Of a stretch of 64,000 bases of DNA, positions 12,153-24,128 are shown one piece after another. The translations under genes and the position numbers were made by a program. Position 1 is the first letter of the stretch. Every line of letters begins with the position of its first letter. Under the pieces are notes generated by a model. The model had not been told where the DNA came from and searched no databases. It saw only the letters and a list, made by a program, of their open reading frames with translations. The stretch covers positions 124,001 through 188,000 of the forward strand of contig NW_025767008.1 of assembly GCF_003918875.1 (NCBI RefSeq), given 5' to 3'. The DNA comes from Haliotis rubra (taxonomy: Eukaryota).

Positions 12153-12373
12153 TGGTTGGTTAACCCCGTACTCAGCAATATTCCAGCTATATGGAATATA
12201 AATAATCGAGTCTGGAACAAACAATCCAGTGAACAACAGCATGAGCATCGATCTACGCAATTGGGAACCGATGACATTTGCCAACCAGGTAATCGAGCCT
12301 GACCACCCGATCCCGCCTTTTACGACAAGCATGAGTTGCCGAAGACCAATCCTGGCCCGGGTCTTCACGGGTC
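12153..12373 (-). mobile_element. Family B SINE-like element
   Basis: Reverse complement of family B; on the plus strand it ends ...GGGTCTTCACGGGTC. Confidence 0.85.
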
Positions 12374-12516
12374 AGCTCTTCGAGAAGCCCGAAATCGAGT
12401 GATGTACCACTTTTGAACTGTCACAGTCAACACAGAAAAAAACCCTGGTATTTTGTTTAAAAGTGTATACAAAACCTGTGATATGAAATAAACAGGTTTT
12501 GTTTCAAGTAACAGAT

Positions 12517-12750
12517 GGATCCTGCTTGGTTATTGTTGTTGTTAACGCAGCACTCTGACATATCCCAACAACATAACGCAGGTTTGATAATCATATCTAC
12601 ACCAGAAAATGAATATTCAGTGATTGACATCAGGAGCATCGATCTATGCAATTGCAACTAGGCAAATCAGCAAGTTTGAACACTCGATCACGTAAGGCGG
12701 CTTAATGACTAGCGTAGGTTCCTGAACATCAATTCTAAACCGGATCTTCA
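12517..12750 (-). mobile_element. Degenerate family B element whose 5' end runs into a tandem array
   Basis: CAGTGATTGACATCAGGAGCATCGATCTATGCAATTG...CAATTCTAAACCGGATCTTCAAGGG. Confidence 0.7.
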
Positions 12751-13761
12751 AGGGAGACAAGCATGAAATGCTGGAGAACAGATCTAACCCGGACCTTCAA
12801 GGGAGACAAGCATGGGTTCCTGAAGAACAGATCTAACCCGGATCTTCACGGGAGACAAGCATGGGTTGCTGAAGAACAGTTCTAACCCGGATCTTCACGG
12901 GAGACATACATGGGTTGCTGAAGAACAGATCTAACCCGGACAATTCTACATCACAAACTTCAACTTTAATTCTAACAAGATTCCCCGAGACAAACATGGG
13001 TTGCTGAAGAACAGATCTAACACGGATCTTCACGGGAGACAAGCATGGAATGCTGGAGAACAGTTCTAACCCGGATCTTCACGGGAGACAAGCATTGGTT
13101 GCTGGAGAACAGATCTAACCCGGATCTTCACGGGAGACAAACATGGGTTGCTGAAGAACAGATCTAACCCGGATCTTCACGGGAGACAAACATGTGTTCC
13201 TGGAGAACAGATCTAACCCGGACCTTCACGGGAGACAAGCATGGGTTGCTGAAGAACAGTTCTAACCCGGATCTTAACGGGAGACAAGCATGGAATGCTG
13301 GAGAACAGTTCTAACCCGGATCTTCACGGGAGACAAACATGGGTTGCTTGAGAACAGTTCTAACCAGGATCTTCACGGGAGACAAACATGGGTTGCTGAA
13401 GAACAGTTTTAACCCGGATTTTCAAGGGAGACAAGCATGGGTTGCTGAAGAACAGATCTAACCCGGATCTTCACGGGAGACAAGCATGGGTTGCTGAAGA
13501 ACAGTTCTAACCCGGATCTTCACGGGAGACAAACATGGGTTGCTGGAGAACAGTTCTAACCAGGATCTTCACGGGAGACAAGCATGGGTTGTTGAAGAAC
13601 AGTTCTAACCCGGATTTTCACGGGAGACAAGCATGGGTTGCTGAAGAACAGATCTAACCCGGATCTTCACGGGAGACAAGCATGGGTTGCTGAAGAACAG
13701 TTCTAACCCGGATCTTCACGGGAGACAAACATTGGTTGCTAGAGAACAGATCTAACCCGGA
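12720..13761. repeat. Minisatellite, 49-bp unit derived from the family B 5' end, ~20 copies
   Basis: Unit GGGAGACAAGCATGGGTTGCTGAAGAACAGTTCTAACCCGGATCTTCAC; period 49 (12841 to 12890). Confidence 0.95.
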
Positions 13762-14546
13762 CAATTCTACATCACAAACTTCAACTTTAATTCTAACAAG
13801 ATTCCCCAAGAAGCAGCAGATCAATGCTGTAAGAGGGCTGTCTCATTATGACGGCTCCCGATGTCTCGACGTATGATCTCAAGGTACTCATCAACCGAGG
13901 GAGAATCTCATGACATTTAGTCACCGAAAGAAATGTCCCTTTTTTCTTTCTATTTAAATAAAATCAAATGGCTCTGCACATCTCGTGGCGTGTTAAAAGA
14001 TGAGATTCAGTTAACGCCTACGAAAACATCAAGTGAAAAAGCTTGAAATGAGGTTGTGTTGTCTGCATGCCTAAAAGAAATAATACGTGTGCCCTTCCTT
14101 TCAAATGAGAGCAAAGATGGGCCTAGATGTAGTACCAGCTAATCATATACACCCTGGGCTTAAACATGGGTGGTCCAGAGCTGAAATGCTGCAAGTTCCT
14201 GATCAAGTCACGCGCAGTGAGGAGCTCCGTCACTAACTGCTTACATTGAGACCATAATCTTGGCGGATAAAAGGCTCCTTCTGCGCCAGATTGAAAAGAC
14301 ATCCCTTTTCCAGTGTGGAACTTATTATAGCAATTACCGAGCTGGACTCTCAAACCAGTGAGTCCTACTCTCAAGCTAGGGATTTCATGATCGAGAAAAA
14401 GAAAGATCTCTCCGGTCACGTTCTGTGTCATTTCGTTTGCAATTAGGTAGGTACTCTCTAGCATTGACACTTATTGTATTGATATTTACGTTACCATAGT
14501 CATACAGCACACATGATATGGATGTGCAACTTCTTTATTATTTACA

Positions 14547-14586
14547 CACGACGTTTCTGGGCTAATTCTTGCCCCTTCATCAGGTG
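14547..14586 (-). ncRNA. Second, inverted minimal hammerhead motif
   Basis: Reverse complement reads CACCTGATGAAGGGGCAAGAATTAGCCCAGAAACGTCGTG. Confidence 0.7.
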
Positions 14587-14938
14587 AATGACAGTCAATG
14601 GTTACACAGGTATATATAATATGCACAGGAAGCCACAGAGTTGTTTTTACAAACATATATGTAGTATGTACATGAGGAAAACGGACAGAATTGACACCAT
14701 ATTTTCACCCGGTAGAACACTAAAAACCTTAGTAAAAGCCAATGGCAAAGGCAGCTGCAACATCACTTCTAACCCAACAGGATGTGTCTACAAATGGGAA
14801 TGTAGCTGCGGTGACACTTACATCGGTGAGACTGGCAGATCTATTGCCACTCGGATAAAAGAGCAAAACACATCTGTCAACAAATCAAACTAAATCCTGT
14901 TCATACTATATATACCTGTGTAACTATTGACTGTCATT

Positions 14939-14978
14939 CACCTGATGAAGGGGCAAGTATTAGCCCAGAAACGTCGTG
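14939..14978 (+). ncRNA. Minimal type I hammerhead ribozyme motif (Penelope-associated)
   Basis: CAC-CTGATGA-AG-GGGC(AAGTATTA)GCCC-A-GAAAC-GTC^GTG: conserved core, stem I CAC/GTG, stem II GGGC/GCCC, palindromic ACGT stem III. The A before GAAA is non-canonical. Confidence 0.7.
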
Positions 14979-15204
14979 TGTAAATAATAAAGATGTTGCA
15001 CATCCATATCAAGTGTGTTGTATTACCCTACCAACTTCTAAATGCCCTCTCGACATGTGACCGTATTAGCTTAGTGTTCTTCTGTCAGCTACAAAACCAC
15101 AATGGTGTACAAATTGACTCGAATATTTAAAAACCGTCAATTTGAAACGTTGCGGAGTTCACACTTGAACAACAATCAGAAAAAATACAATTCTCTGAGA
15201 GAAT

Positions 15205-15372
15205 GAGTGATTTAGTTAATCACAATACTCTAGTGATTTAGCCAAAATCCAGAAATATTACAGCTTGAGACAACAGACATATATTTTAAACATTGTACAA
15301 ACGTCTGGAACCAAACCAGGGTCTTTAGTGTAACGAGCGAACGCTTTAGCCACAAGGCTACCCTACCAACCC
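15205..15372 (-). mobile_element. Degenerate family A SINE
   Basis: ACGAGCGAACGCTTTAGCCACAAGGCTACCC is the reverse-complemented head. Confidence 0.6.
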
Positions 15373-15994
15373 AGTAAGACTACTTTACCACATGAGATGA
15401 GTAGTCTACTTCAGACGTTTAGTGTGAAGTACAGGGTACAGAAGCTGTCTACCTCACGCTACACAACTGATGCTAATAACGGTAAAGCAATTAGTAAATG
15501 AACGCTCCAGCCAATCAGCTCTTGCTTGCGACCACGTGACTGCGGGTTAAAGCTGCCTGACATACTGAAGGCATGACAATGGCCGGCAAGCGTGATGGGC
15601 CGTCGAGTTGAGCCATCTGACCGCTGAGACTCCCGAGTGGTCAAATGTCTTGAGGAGGGTGATAGGTGACGGAACTGGTGAATAGAGAACATGACGGCCA
15701 TAGAATCAATGCCAATCTCTACGCCTTGTTCATATTACTCTTCATCTAGTCATATTAAAGTACTGAATACCACTTTACGTCGTGCAAATAGGGACGTTCG
15801 GCCTCCACGGAGGGACATTAGGGTCTAAATGCTGTAAGTTGATTCCCTCGGTGGTATTGGCAAATGGCGGAGAACTGAGAGGTGTTCCCCACGTTGTATC
15901 TGTATCGGAACTCGAACGCAAGTGATCACCGCTTTAACCACAGCTGCAGTAACTACTACTTTAACTGCTGCAACTGCAACTACTTCCACAACTG

Positions 15995-16232
15995 TTCGTG
16001 AAGATCCGGGTTAGAATTGATCTTCAGTAACCCATACTTGTAAGATGCCACCAACGGGATCGGTGGGTCAGGCTCGCTGACTTGGTTGACACATGTCATC
16101 GTATCCTAATTGCGTAGATCGATGGTCATGCTGTTAATCACTGGATTGCCTTGTCCAGACTCGATTTTTACAGGTAGCCGCAATATAGCTGGAATATTGC
16201 TGAGTGCGGCGTTAAGCAACAACGGAACAAAC
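15995..16232 (+). mobile_element. Family B SINE-like element
   Basis: CGTGAAGATCCGGGTTAGAATTGATCTTCAGTAACCC...GCTGGAATATTGCTGAGTGCGGCGTTAAGCAAC. Confidence 0.87.
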
Positions 16233-16269
16233 CACTGTGTCGCCACCATCGCCACTACGTTAAATTCAG

Positions 16270-16330
<61 letters not shown>

Positions 16331-16350
16331 ACTCACTACTACCACCACTA
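16270..16350. repeat. (CTA)n microsatellite
   Basis: Seen directly. Confidence 0.9.
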
Positions 16351-16686
16351 CAATTTCGTTAATAATGCAATCGTCATCATTTCTGAAACATCCGAATGGC
16401 AGTTATATCAACGTCTGCAATCGGTCAGCGAGGAGCTCTATTTCGTCGGGACTGTCCATAAATATGCATTTCACGATAGCCAGTAAGTGACCACTAATTA
16501 GCGAATCTGCTATCCTCCAGTCGGACTACGTGCGGCTCAATGAGCGACTGGACATCCACACCTAATCTAACTGTGGTACAGCCAACGTGATGTGAATGTA
16601 AATCTACAACACGCTCAATCATTTGGCAGCTGCAGAACAGCGTAAGCAACGTTTTCTTGGTCGACGGAGGCACACGCTTAACTATG

Positions 16687-16933
16687 GGTGAGTGAATGAG
16701 TTGAGTTTTATGCCGCATTCAGCAATATTCCAGCTATATGGCGGCGGTCTATAAATAATCGAGTCTGGACCAGACAATCCATTGATCAACTGCATGAGCA
16801 TCGATCTGCGCAATTGGGAACCAATGGCATGTGTCAACCAAGTCAGCGAGCCTGACCACCCAATCCCGTTAGTCGCCTCTTACGATAAGCATGGGTTACT
16901 GAAGGTTAATTCTAACCCGGACTTTCACGGGTA
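16687..16933 (-). mobile_element. Family B SINE-like element (full length)
   Basis: Reverse-complement copy running from the (GAGT)n tail to ...CCCGGACTTTCACGGGT. Confidence 0.9.
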
Positions 16934-17294
16934 ACACTAATAACAAGGGTATATGTGGGTGGAGAGGACGCGCGGAGTATTTGGTGAAAAACGTGAAAAA
17001 ATGACTCAAATGTCTGTATTAGCGGCCGCGTGTACATTTCAGAACTACTTTGTCAAGTGCGTGAGTGAACTGTATTTAATCCATTTGGATTTTTTTCAAT
17101 TGGTGTGACATGAGCTCGGGAAGCAGAAGACGTTTTTGCCGTTCTTGCTCCAGGGGATGTAGTCGGAGATCGCATCTAACGTAAGATAATTGTATCCTGG
17201 TGCAATAAAGGAAAGTTCCGCCCAGACATGGAAAGTCCCCACATTTATGTTATTGTCCCGAACACTAAAGGTCATTGACCCTACCACCAAATGA

Positions 17295-17780
17295 AGGTCA
17301 ATGTCCCCACTACACAATAAAAGGCCAATGTGGCAAGTACCCATTGCTGATCAATATCCCCACTACCCAATCCAGATCAATATCCCCACTACCCAGTGCA
17401 GATCAATGTCCGCACTACCAATTGCAGATCAATATCCACACTACCCAGTGCAGATCAATGTCCGCACTACCCAATGCAGATCAATGTCCGCACTACCCAG
17501 TGCGGATCAATGTCCGCACTACATAATTCACATCAATGTCCGCACTACCCAATCCACATCAATGTCCGCACTACCCAGTGCAGATCAATGTCCGCACTAC
17601 CCAGTGCAGATCAATGTCCGCACTACACAATGCAGACCAATGTCCGCACTGCACAATGCAGATCCATGTTCGCACTACCCAGTGCAGATCAATGTCCGCA
17701 CTACACAATGCAGATCAATGTCCGCACTACACAATGCAGATCCATGTTCGCACTACCCAATGCAGATCAATGTTCGCACT
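17295..17780. repeat. Minisatellite, 26-bp unit, ~18 copies
   Basis: Unit CAGATCAATGTCCGCACTACCCAGTG; period 26 (17581 to 17607). Confidence 0.95.
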
Positions 17781-19313
17781 AGTGATCCTTGCTTCCAATA
17801 CAGATATATGTGCCCTTTGACCCGTATACGTGAAAGTTGACCCTGAAAGGTGATCGAGCGTGTGAACCAGACCCTGTCGTAACGTTGATCCACAATTTAC
17901 AGGTCTTTAACCATGAGAAAATGTAGAACCCCCAAACTGAAAGATTATAGCGATGGAGTTCGAATGACGACAGGTATATCCTCTCATAGCACTCTCATCC
18001 TCCTTATAAAGGCGCCTGCATCAGATCACCCATCAGTTTCAGAAGCGAAAGCTTACGACACACGGGTCTCTTTCAGTAATATATATTTTTAAAGATAATC
18101 AATATTGGATTTTAATGTCCAGAGCATCTTTTGATGTTGAGGATGCAGGTGATACGTTCACAGATGATGCTTATGAAGTTACGGAGGGTGACATTTTGAA
18201 TACTGAATGGCAGGGATATTCTTACGAGACCGGGATAACCTATCGTATATAGTATTTCAACATCTCAGGAGTGCTGGGAAGTGATGGAAGACTTGTGCCT
18301 GGAGCTGACTCCACGTCAACTAAGATACCATCTGAGGAGGTGTATGCTGACATTTAGCCATTTCTGGTTGATCAAACGAGGTGTGGGGTGAAATGCCTAC
18401 GTAAATATTTGCAATGCACATTAAATGATAACACATCGCTGTGCGAATGTTGGATACTCAATANNNNNNNNNNNNNNNNNNNNNNNNNNNNNNNNNNNNN
18501 NNNNNNNNNNNNNNNNNNNNNNNNNNNNNNNNNNNNNNNNNNNNNNNNNNNNNNNNNNNNNNNNNNNNNNNNNNNNNNNNNNNNNNNNNNNNNNNNNNNN
18601 NNNNNNACCAACCACTCAACCAACCACTCAACCAATCAATCAATCAATTAATCAACCACTTAATCAATCACTAACAGGCATCTGATACTTATCGGATAAA
18701 CTTCTGAACTCAAATTCTTGCAACTACTGCGGTATTCGTTAAAACATATTCTATAACAGGCCAAAACGTGAAAAAGACATTAAATGTTGATGTATTTTAT
18801 TTTCAAAATAGCATACTCTTGAGTTTCTGTCAATTCGAGAAGGGTTCCCGTGTCTGATGTGGATGTAAACATGATACTTGCGTGTTTGTGCTGAGTTTAG
18901 CACCGAAGTAGGAAGTAGATATATTATGAATAGCAGAGCTGATATCTTTAATCAATAGCCTCCCCTGATGCTGCAGAAGGGACAGCTCTTGTTACACCAT
19001 ATCCATCTATGTATATCACAGCACGGTCTGTGATAGCATACAGGAGATCCATTTACACTACAATGAGTCAAACTCAGTAGTAGGTACGGCTGGTGTAATC
19101 TCCCAGCGACTCGCCGAGTTGTTTATGGCAGAAAACTATAAGTAATTATACAACTAATGCTAACTGGAGCAATGCTTGTCGATGATAAAGTTGCTTGTTA
19201 TATTCGCCGCAATCACAGTGTAAAATACTAGCCGATGCTACAGATTGTATTATTATTTTATTATTTGATTCCAGTCGATGCTACGTACAGTAAATACTAT
19301 TAGTTACACAGTG

Positions 19314-19426
19314 TTTGAAAGGGTGTACGGGACTGTAAGAACCTTGTAAATTCCGTATTTCCTTCGGGTGCGCCTCAGGAAATACGGAATTTACAAGGGT
19401 CTTACAGTCCCGTACACCCTTTCAAA
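19314..19426. repeat. Near-perfect inverted repeat: 50-bp arms, 13-nt spacer
   Basis: TTTGAAAGGGTGTACGGGACTGTAAGAACCTTGTAAATTCCGTATTTCCT / TCGGGTGCGCCTC / reverse complement, with one mismatch. Confidence 0.95.
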
Positions 19427-19829
19427 ACAGCCTATATGACAAATTTATTACCCCTAATATGTTTTTATTTAGCTTATCTTTAAACAACAAGATTCAATCG
19501 TCGGCAGAATGAGACGCAAAATATTTCGTAATTACTTTTCCTGACCGGTCATAAATGGAGATAACTCGGGATGGCTAAGTTTATGATAACAAATATCGAA
19601 ATTGAGGTTTTGTTAAATGACAAGTGAAATTCAGACACTTTTCGTTTTTCGTTTTCTTCTTCTTTTTAGGGATGGGTGGGGGTTTGGGGGGATATATTTA
19701 TTGACACAACAAATAAGAAATTACGGCAACAATTTTATTACTCTTTTTATGCTTATTGTTTACGATAACTCTAAACTTTCGAAGCAATCAGCCGTTTGGC
19801 AGTCACAGACAAATTTATCTTAAGGGCAA

Positions 19830-22140
19830 TTGTTAAGACACAGTAAATACAATTGTATAATACCAGTCGGTGCTACATACTGTTTAGACACAGTAAATAC
19901 ACTCTCTTGTATAATACCATTCGGTGATACATATTGTTTAGACATAGTAAATACAATTGTATAATACCATTCGGTACTATATCTTGTCAAGACACAGTAA
20001 GTACACTTGTATAATACCATTCGATGCTACATATATTTTACGCACAGTAAATACAATTGTATAATACCATTCGGTACTATATCATGTCAAGACACAGTAA
20101 ATACACTTGTATAATACCAGTCGATGCTACATATAGTTTAGACACAGTAAATACAATTGTATAATACCATTCGGTACTATATTTTGTTAAGATACAGTAA
20201 ATACACTTGTATAATACCAGTCGATGCTACATATAGTTTAGACATCGACAATACAAATGTATAATACCAGTCGGTATTATATTTTGTTAAGACACAGTAA
20301 ATACACTTGTAAAATACCATTCGGTACTATATCTTGTTAAGATACAGTAACTACACTTGTATAATACCAGTCGGTACTATATTTCGTTAAGACACAGTAA
20401 ATACACTTGTATAATACAAGTCGATGTTACATATTGTTTAGACACAGTAAATACACTTGTATAATACCAGTCGATGCTACATATTGTTAAGACATAGTAA
20501 ATACACTTGTATAATACCATTCGGTACTATATCTTGTCAAGACACAGTAAATACACTTGTATAATACCATTCGATGCTACATATAGTTTAGACACAGTAA
20601 ATACAATTGTATAATACCATTCGGTACTATATTTTGTTAAGATACAGAAATACACTTGTATAATACCATTCGATGCTACATATAGTTTAGACACAGTAAA
20701 TACAATTGTATAATACCATTCGGTACTATATCATGTCAAGACACAGTAAATACACTTGTATAATACCATTCGATGCTACATATATTTTACGCACAGTAAA
20801 TACAACTGTATAATACCATTCGGTACTATATCATGTCAAGACACAGTAAATACACCTGTATAATACCAGTCGATGCTACATATAGTTTAGACACAGTAAA
20901 TACACTTGTATAATACCAGTCGGTTCTATATTTTGTTAAGACACAGTAAATACACTTGTATAATACCATTCGGTACTATATCTTGTTAAGATAAGTAAAT
21001 ACACTTGTATAATACCAGTCGGTGTTACATATTGTTTAGACACAGTAAATACACTTGTATAATACCAGTCGATGCTACATACTGTTTAGACACAGTACAT
21101 ACACTTGTATAATGCCATTCGGTACTATATCTTGTTAAGACACAGTAAATACACTTGTATAATACCAGTCGGTGCTACATATTGTTTGGACACAGTAAAT
21201 ACACTTCTATAATACCATTCGGTACTATATCGTGATGAGACACAGTCAATACACTTGTATAATACAAGTCGGTGCTACATATTGTTTGGACACAGTAAAT
21301 ACACTTCTATAATACCATTCGGTACTATATCGTGATGAGACACAATCAATACACTTGTATAATACCAGTCGGTGCTACATATTGTTTGGACACAGTAAAT
21401 ACACTTCTATAATACCATTCGGTACTATATCGTGATGAGACACAGTCAATACACTTGTATAATACAAGTCGGTGCTACATATTGTTTAGACACAGTAAAT
21501 ACACTTGTATAATGCCAGTCCGGAAATAAGTCTGGAAGTATCTTTATATTAAAGACGCCTGAAATTAATTAAAGCATTGGGCGTAATGTTTGTGGGCACG
21601 ATGTCAAGAAACTATTACAGGCTCATGTGCGTGTAGAATACGGTTCTTCTGGTGTACTGTTAAGACACAGTCAATACACTTGTATAATACAAGTCGGTGC
21701 TACATATAGTTTAGACACAGTAAATACACTTGTATAATGCCAGTCCGGAAATAAGTCTGGAAGTATCTTTATATTAAAGACGCCTGAAATTAATTAAAGC
21801 ATTGGGCGTAATGTTTGTGGGCACGCTGTCAAGAAACTATTACAGGCTCATGTGCGTGTAGAATACGGTTCTTCTGGTGTACTGTTAAGACACAATCAAT
21901 ACACTTGTATAATACAAGTCGGTGCTACATATAGGTTAGACACAGTAAATGCACTTGTATAATACCAGTCGGTACTATATTTTGTTATGACACTGTAAAT
22001 ACACTTGTATAATACCATTCGGTATTATATCGTGTTAAGACACAGTCAATACACTTGTATAATACAAGTCGGTGCTACGTATTGTTTAGACACAGTAAAT
22101 ACACTTGTATAATGCCAGTCGGTGCTATTTAAAGCTTAGA
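19830..22140. repeat. Minisatellite, 50-bp unit with 100-bp dimeric higher-order structure
   Basis: Core GACACAGTAAATACACTTGTATAATACCA, with alternating variants TCGGTACTATATCTTGTCAA and TCGATGCTACATATAGTTTA; period 50 (20521 to 20571). Confidence 0.95.
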
Positions 22141-23878
22141 CCGAGTAAGTAGTATGTACTACTACAAGCAATATCGTATCGCGAAGATCCAGTATTTACA
22201 CTGTAGAATGCTTGTTGTTGCTGCATATTGTATAGACACAGTACATACTGAGAAGACTATGTATGTACAATATGTATAACTGGCAGGTGCTATGTATTGT
22301 ATACTGTATAGTTGCTAAGCGTCGATATGAATAATTAAAATATTATCGGTACACAGACCAGTAAACGGGCAACCTTCAAGATACACGTTCGAAAATAAGT
22401 AACTGGAATAAGTATGACTGAACGTTGTTTTATGCCAGAAACATATTACAGATACAGTCTATCGCAGACCTGAATTGTCCAAAGAAAATCGATATGCCGA
22501 CAGCGAATCACGCTGACAGACCACAATTCAGATCCTTTTTGTTTGATAGAATTCTGCATCGGTTAGAAATCGGATTTCTTAGTGCACGGGCGCTACGGGC
22601 GCATATGTCGATTACCAGAACCGAGCAACTTGACAGAAATACGTTATTTGACGACGTCTAACAACGTTAGGACATCGGGACAGCCGCCATTACCACACAA
22701 CAGCCTTATGACCCACACCGACCGAATGTAAAGACATTTTTGTGGGAAATGTACACATCTACACGTGATCAAACTCCTCCAAGCAGATACGACCAAAATT
22801 TACTATTCCGTAACCCAATCATCAGAAGGTGCGGGACTCGTTTCTAAGTGCGGGATTGTTATGGTTAAAGTGCGGGATGACATTTATTAACCGCGGAGCT
22901 GTCATGATGGGACAATATGGTTGTAAATGCAAACTATGGTTCCGGGGTATTTTCTGATTGAATAGGAAGTTTACCAGCATCCAGCAAGGACTGTTTAACA
23001 GTAATGTGTCTGCTGCGGGTCACCGTGTGATGATGGGAAGCTCAACACAAACAATCTGTCAATATGTCTGAGGTGTCTAGGGAGGCTGCTTGCAGGTAGA
23101 TTCATGTCCGCGACCACGAAAGATAATGTTTAGGACACGATGTGATTCATTGCTTTCCGGAAATAAGTCTGGAAGTATCTTTATATTAAAGACGCCTGAA
23201 ATTCATTAAAGTATTGGGCGTACTGTTTGTGGGCATGCTGTCAAGAAACAATTACAGGCTCATGTGCGTGTAGAATATGGTTCTTCGGGTGTATGTTCAG
23301 ACTTGTTTCACGTTTCAACTTGTGATAGGGTGTACGTCGAATCGAAGTCAAACATGTAGCATACTAACACGAACGTTACCGTGTTATCTTTCTTAGTATA
23401 ACATCCAAAGAAGGTCTTTGAAACAAATAAATCAATTATCTGTGAGATCTGATGGTATAGACCAGATTCCTACTTGGTTTCCTCGCTGTATTGTAGGCTC
23501 TTGGCTCTCTTGGTATAATATTCCAGAAAAAAAGGTTTTGAAAACACAATTAAAACTGAAGCTGATTAGTATCGGTTGTGTCTTTACGTCAGACGCTGTG
23601 GGCTGAGATTCCAGAAACAAACGTTTCGAAAAAAAATATAAGCGAAGGAAGACTATGCGAAGTAAATTTTTGAATAACGTTGACCTTATACAAGAGCGCT
23701 TTGGATGTGTATCAACTTTCCATTTCAAACATTCATTCTGATAATTGTTTCTGGCTGTTCATGGTATTTGTGGAGATGTATCAAAGGAGCCCTACCCCTA
23801 CCTAATAGGCAACAATTAAGCGGTATGGGTGGACACAAGCCAGAGACACACATGGTACCTACATGTATGTGTGTCATA

Positions 23879-24118
23879 AGTGAGTGAGTGAGTTCAGTTT
23901 TACGCCGTGCTCAGCAATATTCCAGCTATGTGGCCGCGGTCTGTAAATAATCGAGTCTGGACCAGACATTCCAGTGATCAAAAGCATGAGCATCGATCTG
24001 CGCAATTGGGAACCGATGTCAACCTAGCCATCGAGCCTGACCACCCGATCCCGTTAATCGACTCTTACGATAAGCATGGGTTACTTAAGGTTAATTCTAA
24101 CCCGGACCTTCACGGGTC
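23879..24118 (-). mobile_element. Family B SINE-like element
   Basis: Runs from the (GAGT)n tail to ...CCCGGACCTTCACGGGTC. Confidence 0.88.
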
Positions 24119-24128
24119 TTGTGTGTGT

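Larger units (their letters stand above)
14501..15050 (+). mobile_element. Internally deleted Penelope-like retroelement: inverted ~130-bp terminal repeats around a GIY-YIG endonuclease fragment
   Basis: ORF 14588..14893 contains GCVYKWECSCGDTYIGETGRSIATRIKEQ, the PLE GIY-YIG signature. 14501-14630 is the near-identical reverse complement of 14895-15023. Confidence 0.85.

Noticed and set aside
17275-17840. Cys/His-rich repetitive ORFs (also 4249-4573, 60667-61140, 63256-64000)
   Set aside because: They are translations of tandem or low-complexity repeats, open in several frames.
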